A DNA stretch of 64,000 nt, from the NCBI GenBank assembly GCA_965222805.1, contig CBDCUX010000005.1, positions 444,723 to 508,722 on the forward strand. The letters are read 5' to 3'. A program made the position numbers and the translations under genes. The notes beneath the pieces were generated by a model, which had not been told where the DNA came from, did no database searches, and worked only from the letters and a program-made list of their open reading frames with translations. The DNA comes from Candidatus Poribacteria bacterium. GTDB taxonomy: Bacteria; Poribacteria; WGA-4E; PCPOR2b. Below, piece after piece: positions 46,842 through 56,698 of the stretch; position 1 is the stretch's first letter; the number at the start of each line of letters is the position of its first letter.

Positions 46842-47887
46842 TAGGAGTTACGCAGTTGGGTTTAAGGTATAAATGGGTTTAGCAAGATAGGCACGCACGG
46901 CCTCTCTGATAATGTTGGTTTTCGCCTCAAACCAACTGATACCCTTAGAAAAACAATGTCTCTCCAAACGGAGAAAGGCGCGTAGTGCCAATCCAATATG
47001 ATTCCGTTGTGCCACTGCCTTGCGTGCGAAACACCGTTCGACACCCACAAATTGCTTGATACCTCGATGATACACTTCAATTGACCAGGATAACTCAGCA
47101 TACTTCAGACGATACAAGTCGTTCATCGACAGGTCACTACTTGCCCAGTATTCAATGTTGCCGTGTGGAGAAACTATCTTGAACACTTTAATCAGACCGT
47201 ACCCCTTCAGATGAACGATGGTGCCGGTTTCGCTTATGGGTAACTCTTTTATCGGTCGGTTGCCCTGTTTATCCAAATTGACTTGGCGATTCGACTTCAA
47301 CTGAGTCAACCAATGCCATTGATACTGTCGAATCGTCTTGAGATTCTTTAAGCTACTGTACCAACTGTCAAACACGACGCACTGGGGTGTAAACCCCTTT
47401 TGATGCGCGGTTGAAATTAGTGATTGAAAATGGTCATTTTTGCTCAAGTTATCCTGTTGTTTATTATAGAGACGGTAATCACACGGAATCTGGCGGTCAC
47501 CATCGGTCCACATCAGCGTTATCAGGTTAATCCCCGAGACCACTTGTTTATGTTTACCAGACCAATGGCGGGTGACCAGTTCCATCTGTTGGGCATACGG
47601 TTTATCCAGGGTGGAGTCGTCTATGACCAAAATCCCTTGGTCTTTTTTGACATAAGGAGTTGCCTCTGTCCACAACGCTTCTGAATTGGGAGGTAGCCGA
47701 TACAGCAACCGATTCAATGAGTCATGCGCCGGCGGATTATCGTCTGGCGGTTGCACGCGGGCTGCCTCAGTACAACTGTAGGTGCTTGGTGTCGCTATCA
47801 CAAAGTTGATGTAGTCATATTCGGTGCATTTGGCTGGATTCATAGACACTATTATAAACTATTTTTTACTCAACTGCGTAACTCCTA
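46842..47887 (-). mobile_element. IS element (IS4/IS701-like), 1046 bp, perfect 17-bp terminal inverted repeats and a 6-bp TSD
   Basis: TAGGAGTTACGCAGTTG (46842-46858) pairs with CAACTGCGTAACTCCTA (47871-47887). The direct repeat TCCTTT is at 46836-46841 and 47888-47893. Confidence 0.9.
46848..47849 (-). CDS. DDE transposase (IS4/IS701-like)
   Basis: 333 aa with VIDDSTLDKPY, VVFDSWYSS and SWSIEVYHRGIKQ. The start may be ATG 47843. Confidence 0.85.
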   Translation of the reverse strand: MSMNPAKCTEYDYINFVIATPSTYSCTEAARVQPPDDNPPAHDSLNRLLYRLPPNSEALWTEATPYVKKDQGILVIDDSTLDKPYAQQMELVTRHWSGKHKQVVSGINLITLMWTDGDRQIPCDYRLYNKQQDNLSKNDHFQSLISTAHQKGFTPQCVVFDSWYSSLKNLKTIRQYQWHWLTQLKSNRQVNLDKQGNRPIKELPISETGTIVHLKGYGLIKVFKIVSPHGNIEYWASSDLSMNDLYRLKYAELSWSIEVYHRGIKQFVGVERCFARKAVAQRNHIGLALRAFLRLERHCFSKGISWFEAKTNIIREAVRAYLAKPIYTLNPTA

Positions 47888-48789
47888 TCCTTTAATAAAA
47901 AATTAATAAGCGGTGGGGTTAATATCGTGCCGTCGTGATTTGTCTTGTGGTATTTGCCCAACCACTGCTCTAATTTCTCAAAGCGGCTTAGCACCTCCGC
48001 CTTCGGGAAGTTTTTCAGGAAAAGTTCAACCTGTTCCACATCAAGCGCGACATGAAAACGCTGTATCAGATTGAAACGGTGCATGCCAATGATAATGCCC
48101 GTCAATCCCAAAATATCGATTGACTTAAAGATATCTATATACCTGTCGAAGATGACCTTCTCATCAATCTGGCTATCCCCTTCGGTCTCACGCAGATGGT
48201 TGAGCAAGCGTTTTTTCGCGGTGAGTAGCCGCGCCGGTATCCTACGTCCTTGGCGTGCGGTTAGGTCTCCTTGCAGAATCCGTTGGTACCAATGTTCAGA
48301 CACCGCTGCTGCTATCTCACTGTATGGCTGGAACGGTCGGAGCCGCTCCATCTCTGCTGCGAAAGCGGTTGCACGAAGGATTACCCGACGCTTTCCTCGC
48401 ATTGAGAGTGTATCCAACTCCTGTCGGACAGGATCTGGGAAACTCGGTCTGTATTTCAGATATGTTTTCAGGAACGGTCCTGCCTTTTTTGGCGCATGGG
48501 CGTAAGCAGCGTGGACAAGTGCGCGGATTGAGTCAAGAACCTCCTTGGGATTTTTGGACTCCTTATCGGATATAGCGATGACCTGCTCAACTACTTCAGC
48601 GAAATTACTGTCCGCCAATAGGAATTGTCGCCACGCCGAATCCACCGTTTCATGGACAACCGTTGACAGTAGAGCGTAGCTTGCGTGCTCATAGTAGCCA
48701 ATCTCACGTTCATACCGAAGCAATTCTGCTAGCGGTTCCCCTATGTCTCCCCACGGAATTTCCTGCTTTTCGGTTGACGCCATCCTTTC

Positions 48790-49668
48790 TTACTCCTCCG
48801 ACTCCGCAAGCAACCCCCGTAAATGTTTGACTGCTAGCCCAATGGCTTCGGCGTAACCACACTGATTGCCCTGGTCCTCCAAAACAATCGACATATTCCC
48901 GTTGAAATTTACTTTCTTGAGAATAGCAATTATACGTCTATAATCGAGTAACTCCTCTTGACCGCTATCAACCTTATAGATCTTGGCACGCACGTATGAG
49001 GCGTAGGGTGCGGTCTGTTCCATGTATTTGTAGATATTCTCGCTTGAATCGGAGGTCTCTTCCCTGCTTGTCGGTGCGCCGCGCCATCTACCTGTGTCCA
49101 AGATGAAGGTGAAGTTCTCACGGTCAACGTCGTTCAGGATGCGGAGGATATCATCGCTCGTCGGTTCCGCAGCAGGTGGATGGTTGTGAAGACCGATAAG
49201 GATACCTTTCTCAGCTGCATAATCGGAGACCGCTTGGAAACTGGAGATTATCCCTGACCACACCGCCTCACGGTTCTCTGTCCCGTCAGGCACCCCTCCG
49301 CCGAATAGACGGATCAGTGGAGCGCCCATGAAGACGGCAACATCCACAGCTCGTTTGACTTCATCGATCCGCCGCTGTAACTCTTCCGGTGATAGCGACG
49401 CGCCAACCACACTCCCATTCGGCAATTGGGCGGTACTGACAAACCCACTACCGGCTCCTATGAAACCTATCGGCAAACCATATTTGTGGCACAGAATCTT
49501 GACCCTGCGAAGATACGCCGGTTCTAGAGAACGAAATCCCCTATCGAGTTGAAAATCAATGATATCGAGCCTCAACGTGTGAATTAAATCAATCATTGTC
49601 TCAATATCTATCCACCCGCCCGGATTATCTCTGTCCTTTACCAAGCTATTACAACCGAGTTTAATCAT
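48790..49668 (-). CDS. Sugar phosphate isomerase/epimerase (xylose isomerase-like TIM barrel)
   Basis: 292 aa. GCNS at the N-terminus, GAPLIRLFGG and LIGLHNH are AP_endonuc_2-type motifs. Confidence 0.75.
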   Translation of the reverse strand: MIKLGCNSLVKDRDNPGGWIDIETMIDLIHTLRLDIIDFQLDRGFRSLEPAYLRRVKILCHKYGLPIGFIGAGSGFVSTAQLPNGSVVGASLSPEELQRRIDEVKRAVDVAVFMGAPLIRLFGGGVPDGTENREAVWSGIISSFQAVSDYAAEKGILIGLHNHPPAAEPTSDDILRILNDVDRENFTFILDTGRWRGAPTSREETSDSSENIYKYMEQTAPYASYVRAKIYKVDSGQEELLDYRRIIAILKKVNFNGNMSIVLEDQGNQCGYAEAIGLAVKHLRGLLAESEE

Positions 49669-50075
49669 GGGTTCTCCCTCACCACGCTAATTTGATAGCC
49701 CAATCATACATGAACCATCGAAAGAAAGTCAACGAAATAAAGGATAGAACAGCGGAGTTACTACCTGTCGTGAGCGATCGGACGATTCTTTCCCCGTGCC
49801 AGAGGCAACTCCATGGGACCTCTTCTTCTCAACAACGTCCCGCTCCTAATCAAACTAAGAAATCAATGCAACCATAAAACCATCGTTGTCGTCTACACAG
49901 ATAGGAGTGTTGCGTACAAGCAACTCCACCTCCACGGACACACCGCGGCACTCGTCTCAGTCAACCCAAACTACGCCCCAATCATGGTTGCAGAGGAGAT
50001 GATAATAATCGGGCAGGTGATAAAGATCGAACGGAACTTGGTGGAGAATTGGCAGCCGTAGGGGAGGTGGTGTTA

Positions 50076-50495
50076 ATGAATACCACAGTGAAACAGATTT
50101 TGGGCATGTGTTTCTTGGTCGGTATTTTCTTAATTGCGGTAAACCATTCTCTTTTCGACGCGTTCGCGCTATCTCTATGTGCCGGTGGCTTTGTTTGGAT
50201 TGTCTTTGATCGACGAATAGAAAATCTCAGAATGCGGGTGGCAATCTTGGAGCGCGGTGGGAGTACCTTTCGGGAATCAGTGGAAGGGTTATACAGGAGC
50301 GAGACGGTCATTCAGGAATCAATGGGGGGACTCAGTAGTAGAATAGATTCTCTGCATGAATCGGTGGACACCCTGCATGAATCGGTGGATAAGATAAGTA
50401 GGAGGGTTGATTGTCACAGTGAGTGGTTCCAATCGCTGCAGGAGGATAGATTCCCAGCGTTGAATGACGATCGCCCTTGGACAGACAACCATTAA
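50076..50495 (+). CDS. Hypothetical membrane protein with a short internal tandem repeat (SLHESVDTLHESVDK)
   Basis: Two N-terminal TM segments (ILGMCFLVGIFLIAV, LCAGGFVWIVF). RBS GGGGAGGTGG precedes ATG 50076. Confidence 0.5.
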   Translation: MNTTVKQILGMCFLVGIFLIAVNHSLFDAFALSLCAGGFVWIVFDRRIENLRMRVAILERGGSTFRESVEGLYRSETVIQESMGGLSSRIDSLHESVDTLHESVDKISRRVDCHSEWFQSLQEDRFPALNDDRPWTDNH

Positions 50496-50584
50496 AAGGC
50501 ACACGGTGGATCTCTGGCGACCATTAGGTCTTTATCAGTCAACACATAATGACAGTTTAAGCGAATAAGAAAGACGGTTTAGTA

Positions 50585-51179
50585 ATGGCTAAGAAAAAGA
50601 GGAAAAATAAACAGAATAGAGCAGGAATAAGCGAAAATAAATTCATTCTTATAATGCCCGGGATGTTGATGTCTGCCAAAACGCTTATTCAGAAAAGTAG
50701 CTCAGAATTTAAGAATCGGGATGCGAAAGCACCTGGCACTTGGGTTACTGCTGTTATTATAAGTGCTCAGTGCGCCGAACTGCTGTTAAAATACTAAAGT
50801 AGAGCAAGAAGGACACATTCTTAATAGATCAACCCACGATTTGTACCATTTGTATAGAATATTGAATACCGAGTCCAAAACAGCAATAGAGGAGGAATTC
50901 AAAGGTCAATCATCAATGCCCTCCCCGCTGGATGGTTGGGAAAGTGCAGAATCTGTATTTCAGAAGGCACGCACAGCTTGTACGAATTGGCGCTTTGCCG
51001 TACAACATAATGATGTACCATTAACCGACCTTCATTCTTTGTACAGGGCGGCGGTAAGTGTATATAAGACCATTCCTATTTTGCAATCTGGTCTAATCTT
51101 GGAGTCTAAGTTGAATGTAACAGAGGTAACAGATCCGGAAACTAGAGATCGTGTTTTTAATTTCGTAAAAAGCCAGTAA
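50585..51179 (+). pseudogene. HEPN-like protein, frameshifted (track ORFs 50585-50797 and 50841-51179)
   Basis: ...ISAQCAELLLKY-stop in one frame continues as KVEQEGHILNRSTHDLYHLYRIL... in the next. The joined sequence ELLLKYKVEQEGHILNRSTHDL resembles the HEPN helix/RxxxxH region. The frame change is at an A-rich run at 50787-50800. Confidence 0.4.
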
Positions 51180-51224
51180 CGCAACGATAAGTATCTCAAC
51201 TTTCGGATTGGGAGTATCTCAGCT

Positions 51225-51699
51225 ATGGAAAAACAAGCAGGCATCTACGCACGCTATAGCCCCGGCAGGGACCGAGACCAGAACTCGACGGTAGAAGCTC
51301 AAGTCGCCATGTGCCGTGAGAAGGTGCAGCGCGATAGATTTGAGATAGATTCTAATCACATCTGCGTTGACCGAGGTATCTCTGGTGCAAGTGTAGTGCG
51401 GGCAGGATTTCAGGCAATGCTTGCCGCCATCAAGGCGGGGGATTTCCCGGAGATCCTGTATGCCAAGGCTGACAAACGGTTGTTCCAAAACGAGCGCGAA
51501 GCAGGAAGCCGAAGTCCAAATCCGTGTCCATTTTCAACCCTTCCCAAAGCTCCCCGACAGCCACACCTTCCCGACGGAGCTCCTCCAAGCACTCGATTCC
51601 CCAGAAATACAAAAAGCCGTGGTCAGGGGATTGATTGATGAGATCGTAGCCCATCCGACAACGGCTTTGGAGATTCAATGCAGTTTTTCAAACTTGTAA
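51225..51699 (+). pseudogene. Serine recombinase remnant: N-terminal catalytic ~90 aa fused out of frame to the last ~55 codons (internal deletion)
   Basis: AGIYARYSPGRDRDQNSTVEAQ (catalytic Ser region) ...DRGISGASVVRAGFQAML...DKRLFQNERE is followed, after a frame change near 51495-51510, by EVQIRVHFQPFPKLPDSHTFPTELLQALDSPEIQKAVVRGLIDEIVAHPTTALEIQCSF-stop. Confidence 0.7.
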
Positions 51700-52128
51700 T
51701 AGCACTAGGGCGTATCAACCCGAAACCAAGTTTGAACAGACGATCTTCCAGCTCGTTCCTCCGCCGCGGGGTGGGTATCGTAAGCCCGTGCTATCTGCTA
51801 CTGTTTTTTTAATTTAGTCATTGCTGACCGAGAGGACATCAAAGCCCCTTACGACACTGTCCGCCGCTATATCCACGACTGGAGATAGAAATGACCACAC
51901 CGCGAACAACATTCGTGCTTGCCGTTGTGCAGATAGCGCAATAGTGTTGGACAGATAAAATAAGACGATATTGATCGGGCGCGGGTCTTCGTCGATAGGG
52001 GCCAACCGTGTAAGGAACGGGTTGGCGCGTTAGTGGTCTACAAATTGCGTGTCAGGTTATGTAGGTGTCGACAACCTGTCATAGTAATACGTGATGCGAA
52101 GTTCTGCTCAACGACAAGGAGGAAGATC

Positions 52129-52920
52129 ATGTTATTTCAACGTACTGTTTTGGGGGTAACTGCGATTGCTCTTTTGTGTGGAAGTGGCTGTATGTTTGCC
52201 AAGGATGCGCCCGTAAATGAATCTGAGACTGCAAAGCGTATTGCAGCCGAAATTACAGGGCTTGATACGCTTGCTAATGTTCGGATTACCACTGATCCGG
52301 TTACGATTGCAGAGGCTGATGACGATACGCCGTGGTTTCTCGCCAAAAAGTTGTTGATAAATCGTCCGCTTTGGAAAGTTTCTTATGAAGTTGACGCGCT
52401 GGTGCATTCCAATAAGGTCAATCCACATATTCGTGGCTTTGATGTTTATGTTGATGTTTCTACGGGACAAGTGCTTAAAATTGGATCGCGTGATGATCCG
52501 AATATGCCTGAACAGTATCGAACGGGTATTCGGGTGTCAAGAAAAAAGATTGCTTCTTTTTTGAATGACGATATGTATGTGATTCAAGATCGGTTGCCTC
52601 TCTCCACGCCTACATTTAAGTTTGCAGATATGATCAAGATGAGGGGTGCTATCGCTCGGCATTATGAGTGCTATTATTTTCTTTGCCAGCAGCACCCCAT
52701 GGATGGAGGACAGATCATCTCTGCGTGGTTGGTTATTCTTTATGGCACGGAGCCCATTCAGGCTTCTGGTGGTCCTAATCCCAAGCGTAATCCTAGGCAT
52801 TATACCCTTGCTGAGAAGTATCGTCGGACTTTTGAGATACGCATGCCGATTCTGGTAAGGACGTGGGGGTTAGAATGTTTGCGGTCAGGACGAATGATGA
52901 CACCTTTGATTAAAAGGTAA
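52129..52920 (+). CDS. Hypothetical lipoprotein
   Basis: A lipobox-like signal is present (VTAIALLCGSGC). RBS AAGGAGGA precedes ATG 52129. There is a possible PepSY-like segment (VYVDVSTGQVLKI). Confidence 0.55.
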   Translation: MLFQRTVLGVTAIALLCGSGCMFAKDAPVNESETAKRIAAEITGLDTLANVRITTDPVTIAEADDDTPWFLAKKLLINRPLWKVSYEVDALVHSNKVNPHIRGFDVYVDVSTGQVLKIGSRDDPNMPEQYRTGIRVSRKKIASFLNDDMYVIQDRLPLSTPTFKFADMIKMRGAIARHYECYYFLCQQHPMDGGQIISAWLVILYGTEPIQASGGPNPKRNPRHYTLAEKYRRTFEIRMPILVRTWGLECLRSGRMMTPLIKR

Positions 52921-52934
52921 AGGAGGAATCTAAA

Positions 52935-53645
52935 ATGAAATCGAGTAGGCTTCCAGTATTGGCAGGCGTTGTTCTGTTTGTTATGTGTTTGTCGGATGCG
53001 TTTGGCTGGGATTCAGAATATAGACAGGGGTTTGCCCGGTCACATTTCGTTGAACGTAGCAACCTAATTGTTGTGGGTCAGGTTATCGAGATGGAGTATG
53101 TCACTCGTGAGAACATTCAGGGTAGGTATACAACAGATATTACTGTTGCTGTTGATCAAACAATCAAAGGTAAGCCTAACATTAGTAAAACCCGTGTAAA
53201 GTTTATGATTCGAGGAGGTAGACGGCTTATTGACATGAGTGTTCCTAAGTTTGCTTTAGGTGAGAAAGTATTGCTCTTTATGACGAACTCTGACAAAGGC
53301 TATTATGTAAACTACCCATATGATAAGCTCCGCCCGTATCGCGCTGCGTATGGCAAGCGATTAATCAGAGATGATAAGGTGTCATTGGTCTATGCGATGA
53401 AGAACGATAAATTAAAGTCGGTTCGGATGCCGTTGGATTTAGCGGTTCAACTGTCCAAAGCAGCGATTAAGGATAAAGATGCGGTGGTTGAGTTGGAGAA
53501 AGATATTAAAGATGCGATTGCGCAGCGCACTAGCTCTGACACCAACTTGTCTCAAACGCTCGTCGATCGATTCATGGAAGAAGCAAAGGAGATTGTAGAT
53601 AAAAATACGGAACCTGAAAATCAAGAATCTCAAAGCCAAGATTAG
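52935..53645 (+). CDS. Secreted hypothetical protein, paralog 1 of a tandem pair
   Basis: Signal peptide MKSSRLPVLAGVVLFVMCLSDAFG. It shares blocks with the next ORF (TTDIT, KGxPN, RVKFMIxGG, ERVLLF) and an almost identical C-terminal tail, IVDKNTEPENQESQSQD. Confidence 0.65.
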   Translation: MKSSRLPVLAGVVLFVMCLSDAFGWDSEYRQGFARSHFVERSNLIVVGQVIEMEYVTRENIQGRYTTDITVAVDQTIKGKPNISKTRVKFMIRGGRRLIDMSVPKFALGEKVLLFMTNSDKGYYVNYPYDKLRPYRAAYGKRLIRDDKVSLVYAMKNDKLKSVRMPLDLAVQLSKAAIKDKDAVVELEKDIKDAIAQRTSSDTNLSQTLVDRFMEEAKEIVDKNTEPENQESQSQD

Positions 53646-53690
53646 GGCGGAGAGCGCGGGGACTTTACGGAACAAGATGGGGAATCTAAA

Positions 53691-54428
53691 ATGAAATCGA
53701 GTAGGGTTGCAGTATTGACAGGCGTTGTCCTGTTTGTTATGTGTTTGTCTGATGCTTTTGGGTGGGATGCAGAATATAAACAGGGGTTTGCTCTTTCGGA
53801 AATGATTAAAGCAAGCGATTTAGTTGTCGTGGGTCGTGTTGCGGCAAAAGAATATGTGTATCGTGCGAATATCCGTTCTAAATTTACAACGGATATTACT
53901 ATCAATGTAGATACCATCCTCAAAGGATCTCCGAATGCAGGCAAAAACCGCGTGAAGTTTATGATTCATGGCGGGAAAGGTGTTAGTCCAAGAACAGGCC
54001 AGTCAGTGCAGGTGATAAGTACAAGTGCCCCTAAATTTACGATAGGCGAACGTGTGTTGCTGTTTCTTTATTATTCTAAAAGCGTGGTTTTTAGACATTA
54101 TCCGTATAATCGGCTTCGTTTGCATCGGCAGGAGGCCGGTAAAAATGTAATCAAAGACGATCAGGTCGGTCTATTATTTCCATTAGACGACAACTCATTA
54201 AGGCTTGTGAAAATGCCGATTAATTTAGTTGTCCCACTCTCTAAAGCTGCGGTTAAAGATGAAGACAGGATGATTCTATTAGAGGACGAGATTAAAGATG
54301 CGCTTCAGGAACAATCTGAGAAGAAGCTGTTGTCTCAAGGTCTTGTCGATCGACTCAAGAACGAAGCGGAAGAGATTGTAGATAGAAACACGGAAACCGA
54401 AAACCAAGAATCTCAAAGCCAAGATTGA
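53691..54428 (+). CDS. Secreted hypothetical protein, paralog 2 of a tandem pair
   Basis: MKSSRVAVLTGVVLFVMCLSDAFG; the tail is IVDRNTETENQESQSQD. Confidence 0.65.
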   Translation: MKSSRVAVLTGVVLFVMCLSDAFGWDAEYKQGFALSEMIKASDLVVVGRVAAKEYVYRANIRSKFTTDITINVDTILKGSPNAGKNRVKFMIHGGKGVSPRTGQSVQVISTSAPKFTIGERVLLFLYYSKSVVFRHYPYNRLRLHRQEAGKNVIKDDQVGLLFPLDDNSLRLVKMPINLVVPLSKAAVKDEDRMILLEDEIKDALQEQSEKKLLSQGLVDRLKNEAEEIVDRNTETENQESQSQD

Positions 54429-54588
54429 AGTATTGTTTCAAAAATAGGACTGAACCTGCTGTGAGGAATGGAATCTGATAGTCCAAGGAGAAAAAAGTTG
54501 TTAATTGACTCGATCCGTTTATGGAATAATTTTGCCGCAATCCAGTAATCGTCGGGTCCTAACCCTCAATGGACTATGATCAGGTTGA

Positions 54589-54825
54589 GCGGCTCACCGA
54601 TGGGTTTGCGGAGGGCGTCTTGCCTGCCGCGGTCGTGAGGCCGAGATCCACCGCTACACGCACCCCCTCCCAAAGCTCCCCGACATTACCACCTTCCGCG
54701 AGGAACTCATCCAAGTGCTAGACAACCCTGAAATTCAAAAAACCGCCATCAGCGGACTGATCGACGAGGTCACAGACTATCCGACAGCGGCTTTATATAT
54801 GCAGCGTAGCTTTTCAACTCAATAG
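54589..54825 (+). pseudogene. Second serine-recombinase 3'-end remnant (no start), paralogous to 51530-51699
   Basis: The frame reads ...REAEIHRYTHPLPKLPDITTFREELIQVLDNPEIQKTAISGLIDEVTDYPTAALYMQRSFSTQ-stop. The nucleotide similarity continues past the stop (TAGCACTA..CGTATCAA.CC). Confidence 0.6.
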
Positions 54826-55124
54826 CACTACACCGTATCAAACCCCGGTTTGAGAGATTGCGACAACACCCGCTGATTCTCAATCCTACTGTAAATTTCT
54901 ATTCTTGACTTTGTCCTTCTGATTCGACTACAATAATCAAGTCTTTAACTCGACGAAGCACAGCTAGATGGTCCACTCGATTCGATAACACGTCCATTAC
55001 TTTGGCATCGTTAGACCGGGTGGCACGTGTAATGAGAAAACAACTCAGAATTGAACTCGCCTAGCGAGCCGTCAGATTGACTAGCAGCGTCCGGTGTTAA
55101 ACCAGGATCATAGAGGTACAAATT

Positions 55125-56540
55125 ATGACGACCAAAAACGCCAAGGTCGAGGAGCCTCTGAAAATAGGTGAGCGGAAACAGCTTTTCGTAGATGATTACA
55201 TCGTTGCCGAGACATCAAACGTCGCTCGTCGGCTGGGAAAAGTTACGAAGGAAGCCCAACCGCTCATGGTGCCCAATGAGCGGGAATATCCCCTCTACTT
55301 TGGCGTCTATTCAACCGTGCTGCGAGACGATGGCAAATTCAAGATGTGGTATCTGGCGACAAACACGCCCGACTACGACATCGGATATGCCGAATCCGAA
55401 GATGGCATCCAGTGGAAACGGCTGAACGTGGGGAAGGACGGTAGGGGTAACTTCGTCTTTCGAGGACACGGTTTCAGTTGTTTTATCGACCCGAATGAGA
55501 AAGACCCGAATCACAGGTACAAGGGAGCATACGGTCCCACCGGTCGATGGGAAAAAAGTCAGAAGGCGATTCATCTCGCCCATTCTCCAGACGGCATCCA
55601 TTGGACTGCCTATAACAACGGAAAGCCTGTATTGTCCCGCACCTCGATCCCTCATCCCCAAATCGAAGGACGAAGTTACATCACTGCATCGGACACGCAT
55701 AATCAGATGAACTGGGACAGCGATGCGAAAGTGTACCGGATCTTCACCCGCGATATTTACGCCGGACCCGTTGAGGGAGATGGCCGGAAGATAAGTCGCG
55801 GCAGCCGCACCATGACCAATCCTGACGTGAAAGCGGACCCAACAGGGTGGACACTGATTCAAAGCTGGGAGTTCGACCGCGAGGGAGCTTCAGAATACAA
55901 ACGGCGGCAAATTTATGCACTGACAGACTGGATGTACCAGGGCGTTCACTTCGGCCTGATGAGCGTGCTACGGACCGGGGGCTTAATTGATTGTTATATC
56001 GGCACGAGCCGTGATGCTTCTCATTGGGACTTAAGTTGGGTCTATGCGGGCGAACCGTTCATTCCCCCTGGTCCGAAAGACAGTTTCGATGCGGCGGGAG
56101 CGTTTCCCTTCTCGCAGATTGTGACGTGGAAAGACCGCCATTGGCTGTACTACGGAGCAATGGATAAAGGCCATAAAGACTTAGAAAATCGGATGTCAAT
56201 TGGGCTAGCGACCTTGCGGCTGGACAGATTCATGTCTTTGGAAGCTAGCTCAACTTCGGGCATGGTCACGACCAAACCATTCAAACTGGAAGGCAGTCAA
56301 CTTGAGCTCAACACTGATACTTCTCAAGGACAGATTTCCGTAGAGGTCCTGGACGCAGCGGGCCGGCAGATTCCCGGTTTCGCCAAAGCGGCATGCCAAG
56401 ATATCAAAGGCATGGACGAACTACAACTACAGCCCAGATGGGCAAATCATGCCGACCTGTCACCTTTAACTGGGAAAACAATACGTCTGAAGTTCGATCT
56501 ACAAAACGCTCATCTATACGCTTTTAAGGTCAATTCTTGA
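55125..56540 (+). CDS. Predicted beta-propeller glycoside-hydrolase-like protein (GH43/32/130-like fold, family uncertain)
   Basis: LFVDDYIVAE...KFKMWYLA...IGYAESEDGIQWKR...HLAHSPDGIHW... These recurring W/DG blade motifs are typical of 5-bladed propeller hydrolases. Confidence 0.45.
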   Translation: MTTKNAKVEEPLKIGERKQLFVDDYIVAETSNVARRLGKVTKEAQPLMVPNEREYPLYFGVYSTVLRDDGKFKMWYLATNTPDYDIGYAESEDGIQWKRLNVGKDGRGNFVFRGHGFSCFIDPNEKDPNHRYKGAYGPTGRWEKSQKAIHLAHSPDGIHWTAYNNGKPVLSRTSIPHPQIEGRSYITASDTHNQMNWDSDAKVYRIFTRDIYAGPVEGDGRKISRGSRTMTNPDVKADPTGWTLIQSWEFDREGASEYKRRQIYALTDWMYQGVHFGLMSVLRTGGLIDCYIGTSRDASHWDLSWVYAGEPFIPPGPKDSFDAAGAFPFSQIVTWKDRHWLYYGAMDKGHKDLENRMSIGLATLRLDRFMSLEASSTSGMVTTKPFKLEGSQLELNTDTSQGQISVEVLDAAGRQIPGFAKAACQDIKGMDELQLQPRWANHADLSPLTGKTIRLKFDLQNAHLYAFKVNS

Positions 56541-56698
56541 CATTGGTCGCGGGTGCCTTGGTAAGTCGTTGAATGCCCAAAGCCAATACCAGAAACGGTT
56601 GTGCAAGACACCGGACTGGTTGAGCTTCGATTATAGCACAACAGTCTTGGTATCTTGAAGCTAACGCAGGTCTTTCAATCCGCAATTTGAGGAGCAGC

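Larger units (their letters stand above)
45707..48783 (-). pseudogene. Single 674-codon ORF of unknown function, split in frame by an IS insertion (track ORFs 47866-48783 and 45707-46753 are its two halves)
   Basis: Removing 46842-47887 and one TCCTTT copy joins ...PPLINFLLKD to SDFDSLLAELDRYRADTRNGQFDINNILQRDLEFRRFAYEY... with no stop, in the same frame as the downstream half. The last 6 codons and stop of the upstream half come from IS sequence. Confidence 0.8.
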
